A stretch of 64,000 bases of DNA, from the NCBI GenBank assembly GCA_010909165.1, contig VJWM01000117.1, forward strand, positions 62,001 to 126,000. The letters are read 5' to 3'. Shown piece after piece: positions 63,001 to 64,000 of this stretch. The stretch's first letter is position 1; every line of letters starts with the position of its first letter. The notes beneath the pieces were generated by a model. That model did not search any database, was not told the DNA's origin, and worked only from the letters and a program-made list of their open reading frames with translations. A program made the position numbers and the translations under genes. Origin of the DNA: Anthoceros angustus. Its lineage: Eukaryota > Plantae > Anthocerotophyta.

Positions 63001-63543
63001 ATGTGTCGCTCAATCGTGGCGACTCGTCCGTGGCGCACTGTGTTTCGTGGCGTATGTGGTGGTTACCGATCCTACACGAGACACCATCTCCGCCAGTCAT
63101 CACTAACCTGTCCAGTCGTCACGAGCAGCGCTCAAGGTCCGCAATATAGTGTGATGCAAGTGGCCACCTCTTTATTCCGCTTGCACTAGAACGATAATGG
63201 TCGAGGACTTTGACAAATTTGTCAAGTCCTCGTGCCAAAGCTTACCATGCACGTAGACACTGCGGGCTATCCTCTCGTGATTACAAAGATACTTCCGAAC
63301 GGGTTTCAATTGCCCTTCAACGCGCCTAACTATGATCCTCCACAAGGCGGCGAGGGTGACGATCTTCCTCTACCTCCATGGTTTGCAGCCGCTTATTCTT
63401 CCCGTGACATGACATTGTGGGTGTGAGGTGACTTTAGGTAGGAGCTTAGTTGCTCCTCTCCACCTCGACCCCCTAGTCCCCTTTGGTTGTCCCCTCCTGG
63501 ATGGGCTTTCCCCATCAGTTTTTTCACCTCAATAAAAACCTTT
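60028..63543 (+). mobile_element. Near full-length CRE-like RLE-type non-LTR retrotransposon, frameshifted
   Basis: 12-bp TSD CTTCTTCAAGGG (60016-60027, 63544-63555), GC-rich 5' UTR, C2H2-like finger CPVCAQLCYNVKGVKTHIGH, RT pieces (GVESVV, LTVDVENA, VQGDP), HDAIRDVMF, VVVTDPTRD and a 3' AATAAA. Confidence 0.82.
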
Positions 63544-63705
63544 CTTCTTCAAGGGAGGACAATATCAATATTATGACTATCTTTTATTGAAATTCCCAAT
63601 TTTTCTGAAGTGGAAATGCTATTCCGAAGTGAGAATGCCAGGAGCCATCATTGTGTGTCCAAATGGCTTAGGCCAAATGGACACACATTTATAAGAACGT
63701 CGTTA

Positions 63706-63975
63706 TTAAATATTAAACATCCTGCACTTGGATCGGTACTTAGATGGGGTGCCTAAAGGGAATGGACGCCCTTGGTGCAAGTAGCTTAGGCAGACTATGG
63801 TACAAGTTTTTAAGTACCAAGTCCCATGGATGTCCTTGTGCAAGTAGCTTAGGCATACCATGGTACAAGTTGTTAATGCAAGTAGCTTAGGCATACCACG
63901 GTACAAGTTGTTAAGTACCAAGTCCATGATGGAAATTCGTCCTTATTGGACTTAAATAAAATTCATTCTTCTTCT
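63706..63975 (+). mobile_element. SINE-like repeat with internal ~40-bp tandem units and an AATAAA-(TTC)n tail
   Basis: Matches 56837-56990 in reverse orientation and the tail at 30521-30557. Confidence 0.75.
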
Positions 63976-64000
63976 TTATCACCGGGATGTCACGCGCGAT

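Noticed and set aside
60028-63543. Idea that this is an R2 element at its canonical 28S site
   Set aside because: It lies ~150 bp beyond the end of the rRNA homology, and its TSD and flanks are not rDNA.

Overview
Gene-dense, transposon-rich nuclear DNA from a land plant. It is most likely a non-seed plant such as a hornwort; this is inferred from the short introns and a PLS-PPR protein with a 'PGQSWWTD' box. Apparently intact host genes: two complete SKP1-like paralogues (plus a truncated duplicate), a 1118-aa PLS-class PPR protein, an RSZ-type SR splicing factor, a Ycf20-like protein, an HCT-like BAHD acyltransferase, an alpha/beta-hydrolase-like protein and mitochondrial ATP synthase subunit d. 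Pseudogenes: TLDc, eIF1/SUI1, PPR fragments and a degraded 18S/25S rDNA relic. Mobile DNA is unusually diverse: Ty3/gypsy, Ty1/copia nested in a PIF/Harbinger, a complete MULE, two CRE-like RLE non-LTR retrotransposons and a (TTC)n-tailed SINE-like repeat. The two most notable items are (1) a pair of nested IS3EU-type DNA transposons (TATGG..CCATA ends, 6-bp TSDs, spliced IS3-like DDE transposase) and (2) a TTAA-targeted piggyBac-like element inside the 18S relic. All family assignments come from motif recognition by eye; no database search was run.
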